DNA of 64,000 nt. It comes from an uncultured candidate division Zixibacteria bacterium. Lineage in GTDB: Bacteria; Zixibacteria; MSB-5A5; GN15; FEB-12. Below are positions 37,560 to 48,949 of the stretch, piece by piece. The notes beneath the pieces are model-generated. The model was given only the letters and a program-made list of their open reading frames with translations, was not told the DNA's origin and ran no database searches. Every line of letters starts with the position of its first letter. Position 1 is the first letter of the stretch. The stretch covers positions 1,056,001 to 1,120,000 of the forward strand of contig OY760907.1 of assembly GCA_963664195.1 (NCBI GenBank), read 5' to 3'. The translations under genes were made by a program, and so were the position numbers.

Positions 37560-37738
37560 GGCACTGAGGGTGTGGTGTTCACCTGCGAGCTAAACGTTAT
37601 TTGTCCCGGGCCTTTTGCCCTTATACGAGCTTGGCAATATAGGCAAATACAAGGATTTGGCAAGCAATTAATCTCGCCGTGGGCTGGTTTCTGGACGCAG
37701 GTAATCCGTTGCGGTACAGTCAACTGCACAAACCGGTA

Positions 37739-38701
37739 TTACTCCCCGGCTATTTCCTTGACTGCCTTTTTGATCCGATCCGAGACCGGCTCCCCCGGTT
37801 TGAGCACATAATCAAGTCCGGTTTCGACCATACCGTCGCCGGCAAACGCCATCGTCTTGCACCCGCAGGCCTGAGCTTCTTTCAGAACCAACCCGAAACC
37901 TTCATCTACTGACAGCAAGGCAAACAAAGTTGCCCGGTTGTACACACCGACCAGTTCATCGCGAGAGGCCGGGCCCATCAGTCGAATGCGATCCCCTACG
38001 CCCAGATCACGGATAAGCGCCTCAAGACGCTCCTTTTCGGGGCCTTGCCCGTAGATTTCCAGTTCCATAGCATCGATTTTGGCTACCTCCCCGATCAGGC
38101 GGTCGAACCCCTTGCGGGAGATAAGCGACCCTATCGAAATAACGAGATTGGGTTTGCGCTCCTCGTGTCGGTTCTCAAACATGCTGCCGATCGGCATCGG
38201 TTCGACAGAAATCTTGCTCTCATCTATGAATGGATACAACTCCAGCAATACGGATTTCAGGTGTCCGGACACACACTGCCAGTGTTTGACTTTTTTTGCT
38301 CGTTCTTTGTAGAGGTTGGCAATCCAGGGTGATTTCTGGAGCCAGAACATGTCGGTGCCGTGGCAAATGACGTTGATATCATCGAAATGCTTGGTTGCGT
38401 ACACCCCCTGCGGAATCCACCAGTGCGCAATGACTTCGACCGGTTTGCCGCCGTTCTTCTTGATACAGTTCTGGATATCTCGCCTGATTGAGCTTGAAAT
38501 CGTGAAAAAGTACTTGATGAACTTGGGCCATTTGAGCGGATTCTTAACGCTTTTGGTCATCGGATATTCGCCGAACGGATAGTTGAAAACGATCACTTCC
38601 TCGCCGGTTGTCCTGCGAAGGTGCTCCTCGTGATCCTGCACAAAAAGCCCTGCCAGCGGGTTGTCTTCGTTCGGATAGTTGTGAGTGAGGATTACGATCA
38701 T
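37739..38701 (-). CDS. Glycosyltransferase family 4
   Basis: AHWWIPQG, HGTD, IGSLISRKG, EGFGLVLKEAQACG. Confidence 0.85.
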   Translation of the reverse strand: MIVILTHNYPNEDNPLAGLFVQDHEEHLRRTTGEEVIVFNYPFGEYPMTKSVKNPLKWPKFIKYFFTISSSIRRDIQNCIKKNGGKPVEVIAHWWIPQGVYATKHFDDINVICHGTDMFWLQKSPWIANLYKERAKKVKHWQCVSGHLKSVLLELYPFIDESKISVEPMPIGSMFENRHEERKPNLVISIGSLISRKGFDRLIGEVAKIDAMELEIYGQGPEKERLEALIRDLGVGDRIRLMGPASRDELVGVYNRATLFALLSVDEGFGLVLKEAQACGCKTMAFAGDGMVETGLDYVLKPGEPVSDRIKKAVKEIAGE

Positions 38702-38796
38702 ATATCTATCTCCAGAGAATTAGAGTCATGCAAACAGGACTGCGGCTGTCACAAGCTATACTCAGCCGCAATATCGTCGAGCGACTGGACCTTGGT

Positions 38797-39756
38797 TCAG
38801 TTGATGATTTCCTTGATGGTGTATTTGCCCGCGGGGTCTTTGTCGTTCATGGCAATCATCTCGCTGACCAGTCCAATCGAGAAAATCTGCGCCCCGAATA
38901 TGACCATCAGGATTGATAACAAAAAGAGCGGCAGATAGTTACCGACTCCAATCCCCCAAAATATCTTCTGCACGTAAAGCGCCACAATAATGAGACTGCC
39001 CAGGCCGGACGCAAGCAGACCTATGGTGCCAAACAGGTGTAGCGGACGACTGGTGAATTTGGTCAGGAAAACAACCGTCAGGAGATCGAGAAAACCGCGG
39101 AGGAATTTCGAAAAACCGTACTTGGTCTCTCCGTGAACGCGGGGAAGGTTCTGGACCGTGACTTCCTTGATCGTGTAACCGTCGCGACGAGCCAGCAACG
39201 GCTGGTACCGGAACAACTCGCCGTGGAGTTCGCGCGAGATCGATTTGGCGACATTGGAGCGATACGCCTTGAAAGGGCAGTTCATATCGTGAATCTTGAG
39301 ACCGGTCAGTCGCGCCGAAACACGGTTGAAAATCCAGGACGGCAGTGATTTGCCTGCAACCGGATCGGCCCCTTCCGTCTTCCAGCCCACTACAAGATCA
39401 TACCCGGCGTCGATTTGCTCAATCACTTTCGGGATGTCGGTCGGGTCGTCTTGAAGGTCACCGTCCATAGTCACGATGATATCGCCGGCAGCCAGATCAA
39501 ACCCGGCCGCGTAGCCGCCGGACTTGCCGAAATTGCGCGTGAATCGAATGATATGGACCCGTTCGTCTTTTTCGTGCAGGTCGCTGAGGACTTTGAAAGT
39601 AAGGTCGGTGGAGCCGTCGTCGACAAATATCAGCTCGAAGGTCCGCCCCATCTCATCGAGGGTTTCGAGCAACTTCTCATAGAGGAGCGGGACGTTTTTC
39701 TCTTCGTTAAGGAGAGGGATAACTATCGACAGGTCATACGATTGTGCAGCGGCCAT
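38797..39756 (-). CDS. Glycosyltransferase family 2 (ArnC/DPM1-like)
   Basis: SIVIPLLNEE, VDDGSTD, NFGKS, MDGDLQDDP; two C-terminal TMs. Confidence 0.92.
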   Translation of the reverse strand: MAAAQSYDLSIVIPLLNEEKNVPLLYEKLLETLDEMGRTFELIFVDDGSTDLTFKVLSDLHEKDERVHIIRFTRNFGKSGGYAAGFDLAAGDIIVTMDGDLQDDPTDIPKVIEQIDAGYDLVVGWKTEGADPVAGKSLPSWIFNRVSARLTGLKIHDMNCPFKAYRSNVAKSISRELHGELFRYQPLLARRDGYTIKEVTVQNLPRVHGETKYGFSKFLRGFLDLLTVVFLTKFTSRPLHLFGTIGLLASGLGSLIIVALYVQKIFWGIGVGNYLPLFLLSILMVIFGAQIFSIGLVSEMIAMNDKDPAGKYTIKEIIN

Positions 39757-39955
39757 TTCACCGTCCTTATTGCGATTCGAGGCGAACGGTTAATTAAGGC
39801 ATTATGCCGTAACTTGTCAAGAAGGCAGTAACAACTGACAGGCCGATCAAATCCTATAGCTTGCAAACATACGTCATTTGGTTTATCTTGTTTTTGTCTG
39901 GACGGTACCGCCGTTTCAGACGTCATATTTGTACTTCGTACAGGAGGGACTGAGT

Positions 39956-40357
39956 ATGTTTGCACACAAAATCACGTTCATCGCAGTGATTCTGATCGGT
40001 TTCTGTCTCATGGCTGGCTGCGACGATGACAATCCATTCGCACCCGACTACACTGACCCGAACGAAGTTCTCGACGTAAATTCCGGGGCTTTTTTCCTGA
40101 TCACCGTCCATGCCAACGCAACCACCGGCTACGAGTGGTTTCTGGCACAGACTCTGGACTCCGCCAGGGTCATGTTCCTTGGAAAGGATTACATTGGTGA
40201 TCCGAATCCGGACGGTCTTTGCGGTGTGGGTGGTCGTGAGGTGTGGTGTTTTGGTGCCGTATCTTCCGGAGAAACGACTATTCGCATGAAACACTGTCAG
40301 ATGGGAGACACGACTATTGTGGAAGATACCTTAAGCGTCTCCGTAAACATACACTAA
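39956..40357 (+). CDS. Protease inhibitor I42 (chagasin) family lipoprotein
   Basis: Lipobox LMAGC; NATTGYEW and G.CGVGG.E motifs; AGGAGG RBS. Confidence 0.8.
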   Translation: MFAHKITFIAVILIGFCLMAGCDDDNPFAPDYTDPNEVLDVNSGAFFLITVHANATTGYEWFLAQTLDSARVMFLGKDYIGDPNPDGLCGVGGREVWCFGAVSSGETTIRMKHCQMGDTTIVEDTLSVSVNIH

Positions 40358-40372
40358 GGTTAGTCGGGAATC

Positions 40373-41251
40373 TCAGCCTACCGACAGATACCTCTCCAAC
40401 CACTCTTTGCGGTAGGTATCGATTTCCCGGTACGAACCGTCTTTCAGCGCCACGTGTCCTCCCCCCGCCAGAACGTGGCTTTCATACGGAAGGTCCAGCT
40501 TCTGTAACTCCGCGGCAAAGGCTTCGGTTTGCGAAAGCGGAATAACTCTGTCCTGGTCACCGTGGAGCAGAAGTATCGGCGTGGTCTTGGGGAGTTGCCG
40601 GACAAAGTGAAGCGCTGAGCGACGCTTCAACTCCGCTTCTCGTTCTTCGGGAGTGAACTGCGACAGCAATTGGTCGCAGAATCGGGCGAAGTTCTTTTTC
40701 TCGTCGCACATGCTACAAATGTCCGTCACTCCGGCATGCACAATCGCGCAACGGAACCGTGAGTCCAGAGTCAACACGCGATAGGTCGTCATCCCGCCCC
40801 GGCTGGCACCCTCGATGCCGAAACGGTCCAGATCAGCCCCGGGAAGATACTTAGCGGTCTCCACAAGATTTAGAGAATCGCGGACGTCTTCCCCGCCCCA
40901 ATCCTCCACCCCTTCCGATCCTCGATTCCCACGGTAGTGCGTTGCCAACACGATATATCCCCACAACGCGGTCGAGGCGAGAATGAGAAAGGCGGTGAGA
41001 TCATGAAGCGCCCCCCGGTCACCTGAGCCGCCCCGATTCCAGATCAACACGGGATATCGCCCGGCGGCCTTTGGACGTGCCAGGTAACCGTTGATCCGAA
41101 GACCGTCGGACATGTATGTAATCCGCTCGACCGTCGTCCGTTCAAGCACGTCGCGGGAGTACATCCGTTCGACTGCATCTGTCTCATGTTTTCGGAGTTG
41201 CACCGGCGTGGAGTTGATAATCGTTCCGTTGGGATACTTTACGGCGTTCAT
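40373..41251 (-). CDS. Prolyl oligopeptidase (S9) family serine hydrolase
   Basis: YMSDGLRINGYL, NRGG, GASRGG nucleophile, HGDQDRV, GGGH. Confidence 0.88.
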   Translation of the reverse strand: MNAVKYPNGTIINSTPVQLRKHETDAVERMYSRDVLERTTVERITYMSDGLRINGYLARPKAAGRYPVLIWNRGGSGDRGALHDLTAFLILASTALWGYIVLATHYRGNRGSEGVEDWGGEDVRDSLNLVETAKYLPGADLDRFGIEGASRGGMTTYRVLTLDSRFRCAIVHAGVTDICSMCDEKKNFARFCDQLLSQFTPEEREAELKRRSALHFVRQLPKTTPILLLHGDQDRVIPLSQTEAFAAELQKLDLPYESHVLAGGGHVALKDGSYREIDTYRKEWLERYLSVG

Positions 41252-41950
41252 TCAGGACAGACCCATTGCCTTTGCCATCGACGCCAGGTCCGGGAACTCA
41301 ACGTCAGGCGCGGCCTCGGCACGAGGCGTGGCCCCGTCTCCCTCGAGGTTACGACGGCGGTTGATCCAGGCTGTGGTCAATCCGATAGATTTCGCCGGGA
41401 CATGATCATGGTACAACGACTGCGCGACATGGAGTATCTTCGCTTTCGGCAAACCAATAGCGTCCAGTGCATAGTCGAAGATTTTCAGCGACGGTTTGTA
41501 CGCGCCGGCCTGCTGAGCGGTGATAACAAAGTCAAACTCGACTTTCAACCGCTTGTTGCTAAGAGCAAACAGGTCGTCGTCGACGTTTGATATGATCGCC
41601 AGCTTATACTTCTTCTTCAATGCCTTCAGCGCATGAACCGTATCCTCGAATGGAGGCCAATCGGCCATGGAACGGGCCAGGTGCTCCAACTCCCTTGCGT
41701 TGGGATTGAAACCGGTGGTGGTACCCAGACGATTGACCAGTTTGCGCAGCACCTCGCGGTACGGCTGAAACATCTCCTGCTCCAAACCGCTTTCGAGCTC
41801 GGCGTACAGTTCCAGTACCTGATCGTCGGTGGTGATAACGTCATGATCCGAAAGGATCGGCTGGAGGGCATCGAGAATGCCTTTTTCCCAATCAATCAAC
41901 GTACCGTAGCAATCGAACGTCAGAACTTCAAACGTCTCAAAATCAATCAT
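41252..41950 (-). CDS. Haloacid dehalogenase type II
   Basis: TFDCYGTLIDWE, ISNVDD, YKPS, HVAQSLYHDHVPA. Confidence 0.9.
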   Translation of the reverse strand: MIDFETFEVLTFDCYGTLIDWEKGILDALQPILSDHDVITTDDQVLELYAELESGLEQEMFQPYREVLRKLVNRLGTTTGFNPNARELEHLARSMADWPPFEDTVHALKALKKKYKLAIISNVDDDLFALSNKRLKVEFDFVITAQQAGAYKPSLKIFDYALDAIGLPKAKILHVAQSLYHDHVPAKSIGLTTAWINRRRNLEGDGATPRAEAAPDVEFPDLASMAKAMGLS

Positions 41951-42013
41951 GATTCGCTCCCGGACACTCCTCACGGTTCATCAGAGCGCGCGCTGTCCCG
42001 ACGGCGCAGATCG

Positions 42014-42829
42014 TCAGGTAGAACTGACGACAAGGTCTATTTCGGTGCCGACATCCAATTCGGTTCCCTCCGATTCCGATTGCTCCAACACAGTTTCGGG
42101 GAGGTAGTTCTCGTCGGCCCGGTAGGATGTCACGCCCACTTTGAGAGACTTGTCTTCGAGCCGCTTGAGGGCTTCATCGAGGGTCAGACCAATTACCTTG
42201 GGCATGAACGTGAAGTTCGAGGCGCGGCCACGGTTGACCATCAGGTTAACGTAGGCCCCTATCGGGATCTCGGTCCCCGACGACGGATACGAGAACACGA
42301 CCACACGCTCCGGTATCGTATCGGAGAACGCCCAGGCGATTTCCCCGAGCGTCAGCCCGACCGTTTCGAGATCGAGCATTGCCTGCCTTACAGATTTTCC
42401 CGCCAGGTCAGGTATAGCGATTTGTTTCTGGCCGAGCGAAACAACGAATTTGATCACCCTCCCCGGTTTGACTTTCGTGCCGGCCTTGGGGAACTGGTCC
42501 AGGATCACGCCGCTCTCGACTCCGGGGGAGTACTGCTCCGAAGACACCTCGTGGGTCAATTCCAACTGCCGGAGTGAAATCTGTGCATCGGCGACACGCT
42601 GTTCGGTGAAGTCCGGCAGCGGGAACGCGCTTCCCTGACGGGTGACGATCGGCATGACAATCTTGTCGGCGATCACCACCAAAACAGCGATCACAATCAA
42701 AGGTATGACAACACCCAGCACGATTTTCCGCTGCATGGAACCGTGGGGCAGCAGTTTTGAGAACGGGCCTCCCTGACGGTGTGGGGGCTGGCTGAGTCTT
42801 GAAGCTCTCGGACGTGACATATCTGACAT
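42014..42829 (-). CDS. PASTA-domain membrane protein (three PASTA repeats)
   Basis: One TM, then LPDF../IPDLAG../MPKVIG repeats with Q.P..GT motifs. Confidence 0.88.
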   Translation of the reverse strand: MSDMSRPRASRLSQPPHRQGGPFSKLLPHGSMQRKIVLGVVIPLIVIAVLVVIADKIVMPIVTRQGSAFPLPDFTEQRVADAQISLRQLELTHEVSSEQYSPGVESGVILDQFPKAGTKVKPGRVIKFVVSLGQKQIAIPDLAGKSVRQAMLDLETVGLTLGEIAWAFSDTIPERVVVFSYPSSGTEIPIGAYVNLMVNRGRASNFTFMPKVIGLTLDEALKRLEDKSLKVGVTSYRADENYLPETVLEQSESEGTELDVGTEIDLVVSST

Positions 42830-42973
42830 TTATACAGTACTCGCTTATAATAGTCTATTCACCGTTTGCAAGGTTCAGGATTGGGCATTGAAAATCAAGT
42901 TTTAATGATTGGTGCTGGCGACCGTTTCTTGTGGGCGGATCAACGCCATGAATGGCCGTATTCGAACCCGCTA

Positions 42974-43290
42974 CAAGACACCCTCAAACTTCGAACAGAG
43001 TCGGTTGATCGCATTTTCGTAGAATCGTTTGAGGGTAGCACCCGATGTAGGACAGTGCGTCGTTCCATACGGGCACATGAGCCTTGCTCCCACCCGACGC
43101 TCCGCTCTGGACGGGGTACCGAAGATTGACCCGCCCTACCGTTCCGTTGTACCTGCCTGCGACAACTCTCCTTTCATCGGGCAGACGAGGGCGTCTGCCG
43201 CGCACGGAATGCGGGAAAGAGGACATCACCCCGCTACGGTCTTGTGGGGAAGGTTAACGCCACAAGTGGCAGTCTTCAGACCTGCCGAAC
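42974..43290. repeat. Mosaic array of REP-like palindromes (families G, I, B, partial E)
   Basis: G 42974-43041, I 43089-43127, B inverted 43179-43206, GTCTTCAGACCTG near 43272. Confidence 0.75.
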
Positions 43291-43407
43291 GAATAGGATC
43301 CACAGGATTCGATTTGGGAACGGCGGGTTTGCAGACGGCTCGCTGAGCTGGGTTTCGACCTGTTTATGGGACAGCCCCGTGGCGTCCATCGACACAGTTA
43401 GGAACTC

Positions 43408-43436
43408 AAAAAAAGCCCGCCATGAAGGCGGGCTTT
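43408..43436 (-). terminator. Intrinsic terminator after rpmA
   Basis: AAAGCCCGCC-TTCAT-GGCGGGCTTT followed by a T run on the minus strand. Confidence 0.8.
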
Positions 43437-43461
43437 CTGAAATCATCATTGTACGTAAGCG

Positions 43462-43719
43462 CTATTCAGCAGCGTATACCGATACCTGCTTGCCGACCTT
43501 GCCGACACGCTCAAACGTCACAACACCGTCCATCGTTGCAAACAACGTGCAGTCCTTGCCGATGCCGACATTGTGGCCGGGCTTAATGGGCGTGCCACAC
43601 TGGCGGACGATAATCGAACCGGCAGTTACTGTCTGGCCGCCGTATACTTTGGTTCCTCGTCGCTGACCGTTTGAGTCGCGACCGTTCTTGGAGGAGCCAA
43701 CACCTTTCTTGTGAGCCAT
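43462..43719 (-). CDS. rpmA: 50S ribosomal protein L27
   Basis: [27 protein letters not shown]. Confidence 0.97.
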   Translation of the reverse strand: MAHKKGVGSSKNGRDSNGQRRGTKVYGGQTVTAGSIIVRQCGTPIKPGHNVGIGKDCTLFATMDGVVTFERVGKVGKQVSVYAAE

Positions 43720-43941
43720 AACAAACCTCTATGCGTAGCGTCTTTTTTTCCAACTAATCGAGCCTGATTCCATAGACCTAAACAGCCTCCGGACAGGCCA
43801 CGGCCGAGAAATATAGTAAATCCGGCGAATTCCGCAAGCGAAAATGTGACCGTTTATCCGCCGGTCCGTTTCCACATGAAAACAGAGCGACCGGACCCCA
43901 AACAGGCCCGGCCGCTTCTCAACTCTAAGACAGATCAGACT

Positions 43942-46407
43942 TTAGCTGATGTGTCCCTCCGGCTGCTCCGCCTGGTGCGGCTCCGTGCCGTTGAACTTGA
44001 AAGTCAGTTTATCGTTTCCGACACCGACCGTCAGATCGCAATCACCGGCATATTGCCCGCGAAGAATCTCCTCGGCCAACGGATCTTCGAGATACCGCTG
44101 GAGGGAGCGCTTCAACGGACGAGCGCCGAACGCCGGATCGAAGCCCTTGTCGGTCAGGAACTCTTTGGCTTCGTCGGTGAGTTTGAAACTTATTCCCTTC
44201 TCCGCCAACTGTTTGGCGAAGTCAAACACGAGTATGTCAATAATCTGTTTGATATGCGTACGCTCAAGGGCACGGAAAATCAGCGTCTCGTCGATACGGT
44301 TCAGCAACTCCGGATTGAAGAGCTTCTTCAGTTCGTCGAGAATCGTCTTCTTGACGCCACCCTCGGACATGGCCGCTACCTTGGCATCGAAACCAACCGT
44401 CTTGTCATCGCGGAGCTGCTTGGTGCCGATATTCGACGTCATAATAATGACCGTGTTCTTGAAATCGACCTTGCGGCCAAACGAATCGGTCAGGGCACCG
44501 TCGTCGAAAAGCTGCAAAAGGATGTTGAACACGTCCGGATGCGCCTTTTCGATTTCGTCGAGCAACACCACCGAGTACGGTTTGCGACGAACCTTCTCTG
44601 TGAGCTGACCACCCTCCTCGAATCCGACATACCCCGGAGGGGCGCCGATGAGACGCGAAACGGCGTGTTTTTCCATGTACTCCGACATGTCGATCCTCAC
44701 CAGAGAATCAGCGTCGTCATCAAACAGGAAGTTCGCCAGTTGGCGGGCCAGTTCCGTCTTACCTACACCGGTCGGGCCGAGGAACATGAAGGTACCAATT
44801 GGGCGACGCGGGTCACCGAGTCCGGCGCGGGCGCGACGGATCGCCTTGGACAGAAAGCCGATAGCTTCGTCCTGGCCAACGATGGCTTTTCTGAGTTCGT
44901 CTTCCATTCTCAACAGGCGTCTGGATTCCTGCTCCTCGATACGGAACAACGGAATTCCGGTGATTTTGGCCAACACGGTGGCTACATCATCGCCGGTGAG
45001 CGTGATTCGCTCCGCTTTGCGCTGTTCTTCCCAGTCATTCTGAAGTTGAGTCAGTTTGTCTTTTTCGGCCTTGATTTCATCGCGAAGCTGCGCGGCAGTT
45101 TCAAACGCCTGGTTCTTAACGGCGTCTTCCTTCTTGCTCTGCAGCTCGGCCAGACGGCCTTCGGTTTCCGCAAACTCCTCGGGACGCGTGTAAGTCGACA
45201 GATGGGCGCGAGACCCGGCCTCGTCGATCAGGTCAATCGCCTTATCCGGCTGATACTTGCCGGATATGTACCGGTTGGACATACGGACCGCAGCCTCGAT
45301 AGCCTCGTCGGAGATAATCAACTGGTGATGCTCCTCGTACTTGGGTCGAAGTCCGGAGAGAATCTTGATCGTATCGGCTTCTGATGGCGGATCAACGTTC
45401 ACCGTCTGGAATCGACGTTCAAGAGCGCCGTCCTTCTCGATATACTTGCGATATTCGTTCAGCGTGGTGGCACCGATGCAGCGAAGCTCGCCGCGGGAAA
45501 GCGCGGGCTTGAAGATATTGGAGGCATCGAGTGACCCCTCGGCACCGCCGGCACCAACGATAGTATGAAGCTCGTCGATGAAAATGACAACGTCGGTGGC
45601 ACTGGTGATCTCGTTCATAACCGCTTTGAGACGTTCCTCGAACTGGCCGCGATACTTGGTACCTGCCACGAGTGAGGCCATGTCGAGCGTCACAACGCGC
45701 TTGTTCTCAAGCGTCTGGGGGACGTTGCCCTCAACCACGCGCTGTGCGAGACCTTCGACGATGGCAGTCTTGCCGACGCCCGGCTCGCCGATCAGCACCG
45801 GATTGTTCTTTTTGCGGCGTGAGAGTACCTGACAGACACGTTCGATTTCGTCCTCGCGCCCGATAATCGGGTCGAGTCTATCGCGACGGGCCATCTCGGT
45901 GAGATCGCGGCCAAAATGATCGAGCGCCGGAGTCTTGGATTTTTTGCGCTTCTTCTTGTACGACGACGGCCGTCCGCTCTGGATGTTCTTCAGTTCCTCG
46001 TAGGCTTCCTTGTAATCGATTTCGTAGGTGGAAAGCACCTGCGCGGCTACGCCTTCTTCGTCCTTGAGCAGAGCCAATAGAATGTGTTCGGTGTCGATAT
46101 CTTTTGACTTCAGGGCACGGGCTTCCTGTCCGGATACCTCCAGCGTCTTCTTGGCGCGGGCCGTAAGCGGCAACTGCCCCATGGTCATCGTGCCGCCGGA
46201 AGGCTGCACGACTTCTTCGATAGACTTCTTGAGATCTTCGAGTTCCAGGCCGAGGTTGGTAACGATGTCCACCGCGTTTCCGTCGCCAAGTCGGATCAGC
46301 CCTAACAGCAGATGCTCGGTACCGATGTAGTCGTGCCTCAAACGCGAGGCCTCGTCGCGGGCAAATTCAATCGCTTTTCTGGCTGCCTCAGTAAACATCT
46401 CATTCAT
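43942..46407 (-). CDS. clpC: ATP-dependent Clp protease ATP-binding subunit ClpC
   Basis: Clp-N repeats, GEPGVGKT and GPTGVGKT Walker A motifs, UVR coiled coil, VGF ClpP-docking loop. Confidence 0.95.
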   Translation of the reverse strand: MNEMFTEAARKAIEFARDEASRLRHDYIGTEHLLLGLIRLGDGNAVDIVTNLGLELEDLKKSIEEVVQPSGGTMTMGQLPLTARAKKTLEVSGQEARALKSKDIDTEHILLALLKDEEGVAAQVLSTYEIDYKEAYEELKNIQSGRPSSYKKKRKKSKTPALDHFGRDLTEMARRDRLDPIIGREDEIERVCQVLSRRKKNNPVLIGEPGVGKTAIVEGLAQRVVEGNVPQTLENKRVVTLDMASLVAGTKYRGQFEERLKAVMNEITSATDVVIFIDELHTIVGAGGAEGSLDASNIFKPALSRGELRCIGATTLNEYRKYIEKDGALERRFQTVNVDPPSEADTIKILSGLRPKYEEHHQLIISDEAIEAAVRMSNRYISGKYQPDKAIDLIDEAGSRAHLSTYTRPEEFAETEGRLAELQSKKEDAVKNQAFETAAQLRDEIKAEKDKLTQLQNDWEEQRKAERITLTGDDVATVLAKITGIPLFRIEEQESRRLLRMEDELRKAIVGQDEAIGFLSKAIRRARAGLGDPRRPIGTFMFLGPTGVGKTELARQLANFLFDDDADSLVRIDMSEYMEKHAVSRLIGAPPGYVGFEEGGQLTEKVRRKPYSVVLLDEIEKAHPDVFNILLQLFDDGALTDSFGRKVDFKNTVIIMTSNIGTKQLRDDKTVGFDAKVAAMSEGGVKKTILDELKKLFNPELLNRIDETLIFRALERTHIKQIIDILVFDFAKQLAEKGISFKLTDEAKEFLTDKGFDPAFGARPLKRSLQRYLEDPLAEEILRGQYAGDCDLTVGVGNDKLTFKFNGTEPHQAEQPEGHIS

Positions 46408-46482
46408 TATATACTATCCTTCCGGTTGGTGTCGATCTTAATCGGTACGCTCTTCATGAGTCACAACAAAAAAAACAAACCG

Positions 46483-47547
46483 TTACGGTCCCGTGTTCCG
46501 CAGCTTCTCTCGCACCATTTGCGCCCGCACGAAATCACGACGGTTCGGTTCCATTTCCGCTCCGTAGTATTTCTGCAGGTGCGCCGGTTGCGAAAGCAGC
46601 AGAATTTCATTCACCAGTGAGATATCGAGAAAGTCTATCACTTTCATAGCGTGGCCGAGACGTACGGCGGAGAGGAGATTCATCACTTCCTCCGAACTCA
46701 GCACACGGGCGTGTTTGAGTATGCCAAACGCTCTCCAAATCTTGTCTTCAATCATGTCGGCCGCTTCGTCCATCAATCGCTGACGCGCCTTGGCCTCGTC
46801 CTCGATTATCTCCCGTGTAACCCGCGTGATCTGCCCGAGTATATCGGTCTCTGAAAGGCCGAGTGTGTTCTGGTTGGAAACCTGGAAGAGGTTTCCGAGA
46901 ACGTCGGAGCCTTCGCCGTAGAATCCACGTACAATAAGACCGGCGCGGGTGATACGCGAAATCACTTTGTCAATATCGCGGGTCAGGACCAGACCCGGCA
47001 AATGGATCAGCACCGAAGCCCTCATACCGGTTCCGGCATTGGTCGGGCAGGCGGTCAGGTAGCCAAAGTCCTTGTCATAGTCGTATTCGAGATAATGGCC
47101 GATTTCCGTCTCATACTGCATCGCCAGATCAAACGAAGACTGCGGGTCAAGCCCCGAAGACAATGCCTGAATACGCAGGTGATCTTCCTCGTTGACCATG
47201 ATCGACAGGCGCTCCGCCGGGCCGATCAGCATCGTTTTGGAGATATCCCCGCTTAGAAACGCGGGCGAGATGAGGTGTCGCTCGACTAGAAAGTCGCGAT
47301 CCATTTCCTCGATGTCGGTAGCCTTGTAATACTGGCCTCTGCCCAGCAGGTCCGAGCGCGTCACGACGGAATCGAAGTAATTGACGATTCGCTTCCGGGT
47401 ATCGCTGTCAGCCGAGGTGGGGTATTTGCAGCCTGCCACGTTGCGGGCCAATCGAATTCTGGTAGACAACACCACCAGTGATTCGTCGCCCGTTCCCGAT
47501 AACCAGGCCGCTGTGTTCTTGGCCATTTCCTCAAACATGGTATTCAA
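46483..47547 (-). CDS. mcsB: Protein arginine kinase
   Basis: STRIRLARN, LVERHLIS, MVNEEDHLRIQ, CPTNAGTGMRAS, QVSNQ.TLG, QPAHLQ. Confidence 0.95.
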   Translation of the reverse strand: MNTMFEEMAKNTAAWLSGTGDESLVVLSTRIRLARNVAGCKYPTSADSDTRKRIVNYFDSVVTRSDLLGRGQYYKATDIEEMDRDFLVERHLISPAFLSGDISKTMLIGPAERLSIMVNEEDHLRIQALSSGLDPQSSFDLAMQYETEIGHYLEYDYDKDFGYLTACPTNAGTGMRASVLIHLPGLVLTRDIDKVISRITRAGLIVRGFYGEGSDVLGNLFQVSNQNTLGLSETDILGQITRVTREIIEDEAKARQRLMDEAADMIEDKIWRAFGILKHARVLSSEEVMNLLSAVRLGHAMKVIDFLDISLVNEILLLSQPAHLQKYYGAEMEPNRRDFVRAQMVREKLRNTGP

Positions 47548-47611
47548 CTCTTTAGCCTCTCACTCCGAGTTTTGCTAAGTCCACGGTCTTCCCTGTCGTC
47601 GCTTCAGCGCG

Positions 47612-48151
47612 TCAACTGGTCGAGTTTTCGATTTCAAGGTTGTCTTTGACCTCCTTGAGTTTGTCGCGCAATTCGGCGGCACGCTCAAAGTCTTCCGATT
47701 CGATAGCCTTGTGCAATTCTGCTTCCAGCCGCTCTTCTTCCTTGACCGGCAGCGTGACCCGCTCTCCGGTATCGAACTTGGCGATCTCCGGGTTGCGTCC
47801 GCGGTGCAACGAGGCGCCGTGGATTTTGCGCATGATCGTCTCAAGTCTCTGGCGAAACGCCGTGTAGCAATCGCCACAGCCGAAACGTCCCTGACGCGTG
47901 AACTCCTCAAAAGTCAGTCCGCAACCCGGGCATACAAGGTTCGTGGCCGGCTCTTTTTCGCCCGCAGGCGGGGTGCTGTCGGCCAGTCCGGACAGGATCT
48001 CGGCCAGCGGGAACGGCGCGTTGTCCAGCGGGGAATGGAACCCCCGCGCGGCAGCACATTCCTTGCAAAGCGACAGCGTCAGTTTCTCGTTGTTCACGAT
48101 CTGCATCAGGTTGACCTGAGCCTCTCGCTTGTTACAATCCTGGCATAACAT
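47612..48151 (-). CDS. mcsA: McsB activator with CxxC motifs and UVR domain
   Basis: CQDC, CKEC, CPGC, CGDC; E.FERAAELRD. Confidence 0.92.
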   Translation of the reverse strand: MLCQDCNKREAQVNLMQIVNNEKLTLSLCKECAAARGFHSPLDNAPFPLAEILSGLADSTPPAGEKEPATNLVCPGCGLTFEEFTRQGRFGCGDCYTAFRQRLETIMRKIHGASLHRGRNPEIAKFDTGERVTLPVKEEERLEAELHKAIESEDFERAAELRDKLKEVKDNLEIENSTS

Positions 48152-48166
48152 GTTTATTTCACCTGC

Positions 48167-48859
48167 CTAAAGACACTCGAGTCTTCCATCCACAAGTTTG
48201 AATTCTGCATCGCAACTGTCCGCCAGTTCACGGTTGTGAGTAGCGATCAGGAAGCTGGTTGAATTGTCGGAATTAAGGCGATGGAGAAGGTCATGAAGTC
48301 TGCGACCGGTCCCCGTATCGAGATTGCCGGACGGTTCGTCGGCCAATACGACATCAGGATCGTTGGCCAATGCCCGTGCGACAGCCACCCTTTGCTGCTC
48401 GCCCCCCGACAATTCACAGGGTCTGTGTGTCTTCCTACTGCTTAAACCCACCTGCTCAAGGAGTAGTTCCCCCCGCTCAAGGGCCTCAGAAGACTTGGTA
48501 CCAAGCATAATCATCGGAATCATCACGTTTTCCAGTGCCGAGAAGTCATCGAGCAGATAATGAGATTGGAAAACAAAGCCGACACGTGCCCGCCGAAAAC
48601 GGGCCATATCTGCTTCTGACATGCCGGTGAATGACTGTCGGCCAATCCATATCTCCCCGCTATTGGGCCTGTCCAGGCCTCCTAAAAGGTGCAACAGAGT
48701 GGACTTCCCCACTCCTGAGGCGCCAACAATAGCCGCCATACTACCCCTTCGCAGTCTAAGTGTCACCCCCCTGAGTACCTCGAGACTCCCCTCGGTCGTC
48801 TTGAAACTCCTGTGAATATCAAGTGCCGAAAGAATGTTGTCGCCGGTTTCCGAACTCAT
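48167..48859 (-). CDS. lolD: Lipoprotein-releasing ABC transporter ATP-binding protein
   Basis: GASGVGKSTLLH, GFVFQSHYLL, LSGGEQQR, ADEPSGNLD; next to a LolC/E-type permease. Confidence 0.85.
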   Translation of the reverse strand: MSSETGDNILSALDIHRSFKTTEGSLEVLRGVTLRLRRGSMAAIVGASGVGKSTLLHLLGGLDRPNSGEIWIGRQSFTGMSEADMARFRRARVGFVFQSHYLLDDFSALENVMIPMIMLGTKSSEALERGELLLEQVGLSSRKTHRPCELSGGEQQRVAVARALANDPDVVLADEPSGNLDTGTGRRLHDLLHRLNSDNSTSFLIATHNRELADSCDAEFKLVDGRLECL

Positions 48860-48949
48860 ATCAGTCGATTTCCTATATCATCCAAGGTACAGTTACTATT
48901 TTCGCCAGTTTTGGCTATTTCATTAGTCAAATGCATGCTTTTCATGGAC

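Noticed and set aside
37560..37738. SRP RNA next to ffh
   Set aside because: The conserved domain IV sequence (CAGG..GGAA..AGCAG) is absent.
43846..45384. 512-aa plus-strand ORF
   Set aside because: Antisense shadow of clpC.
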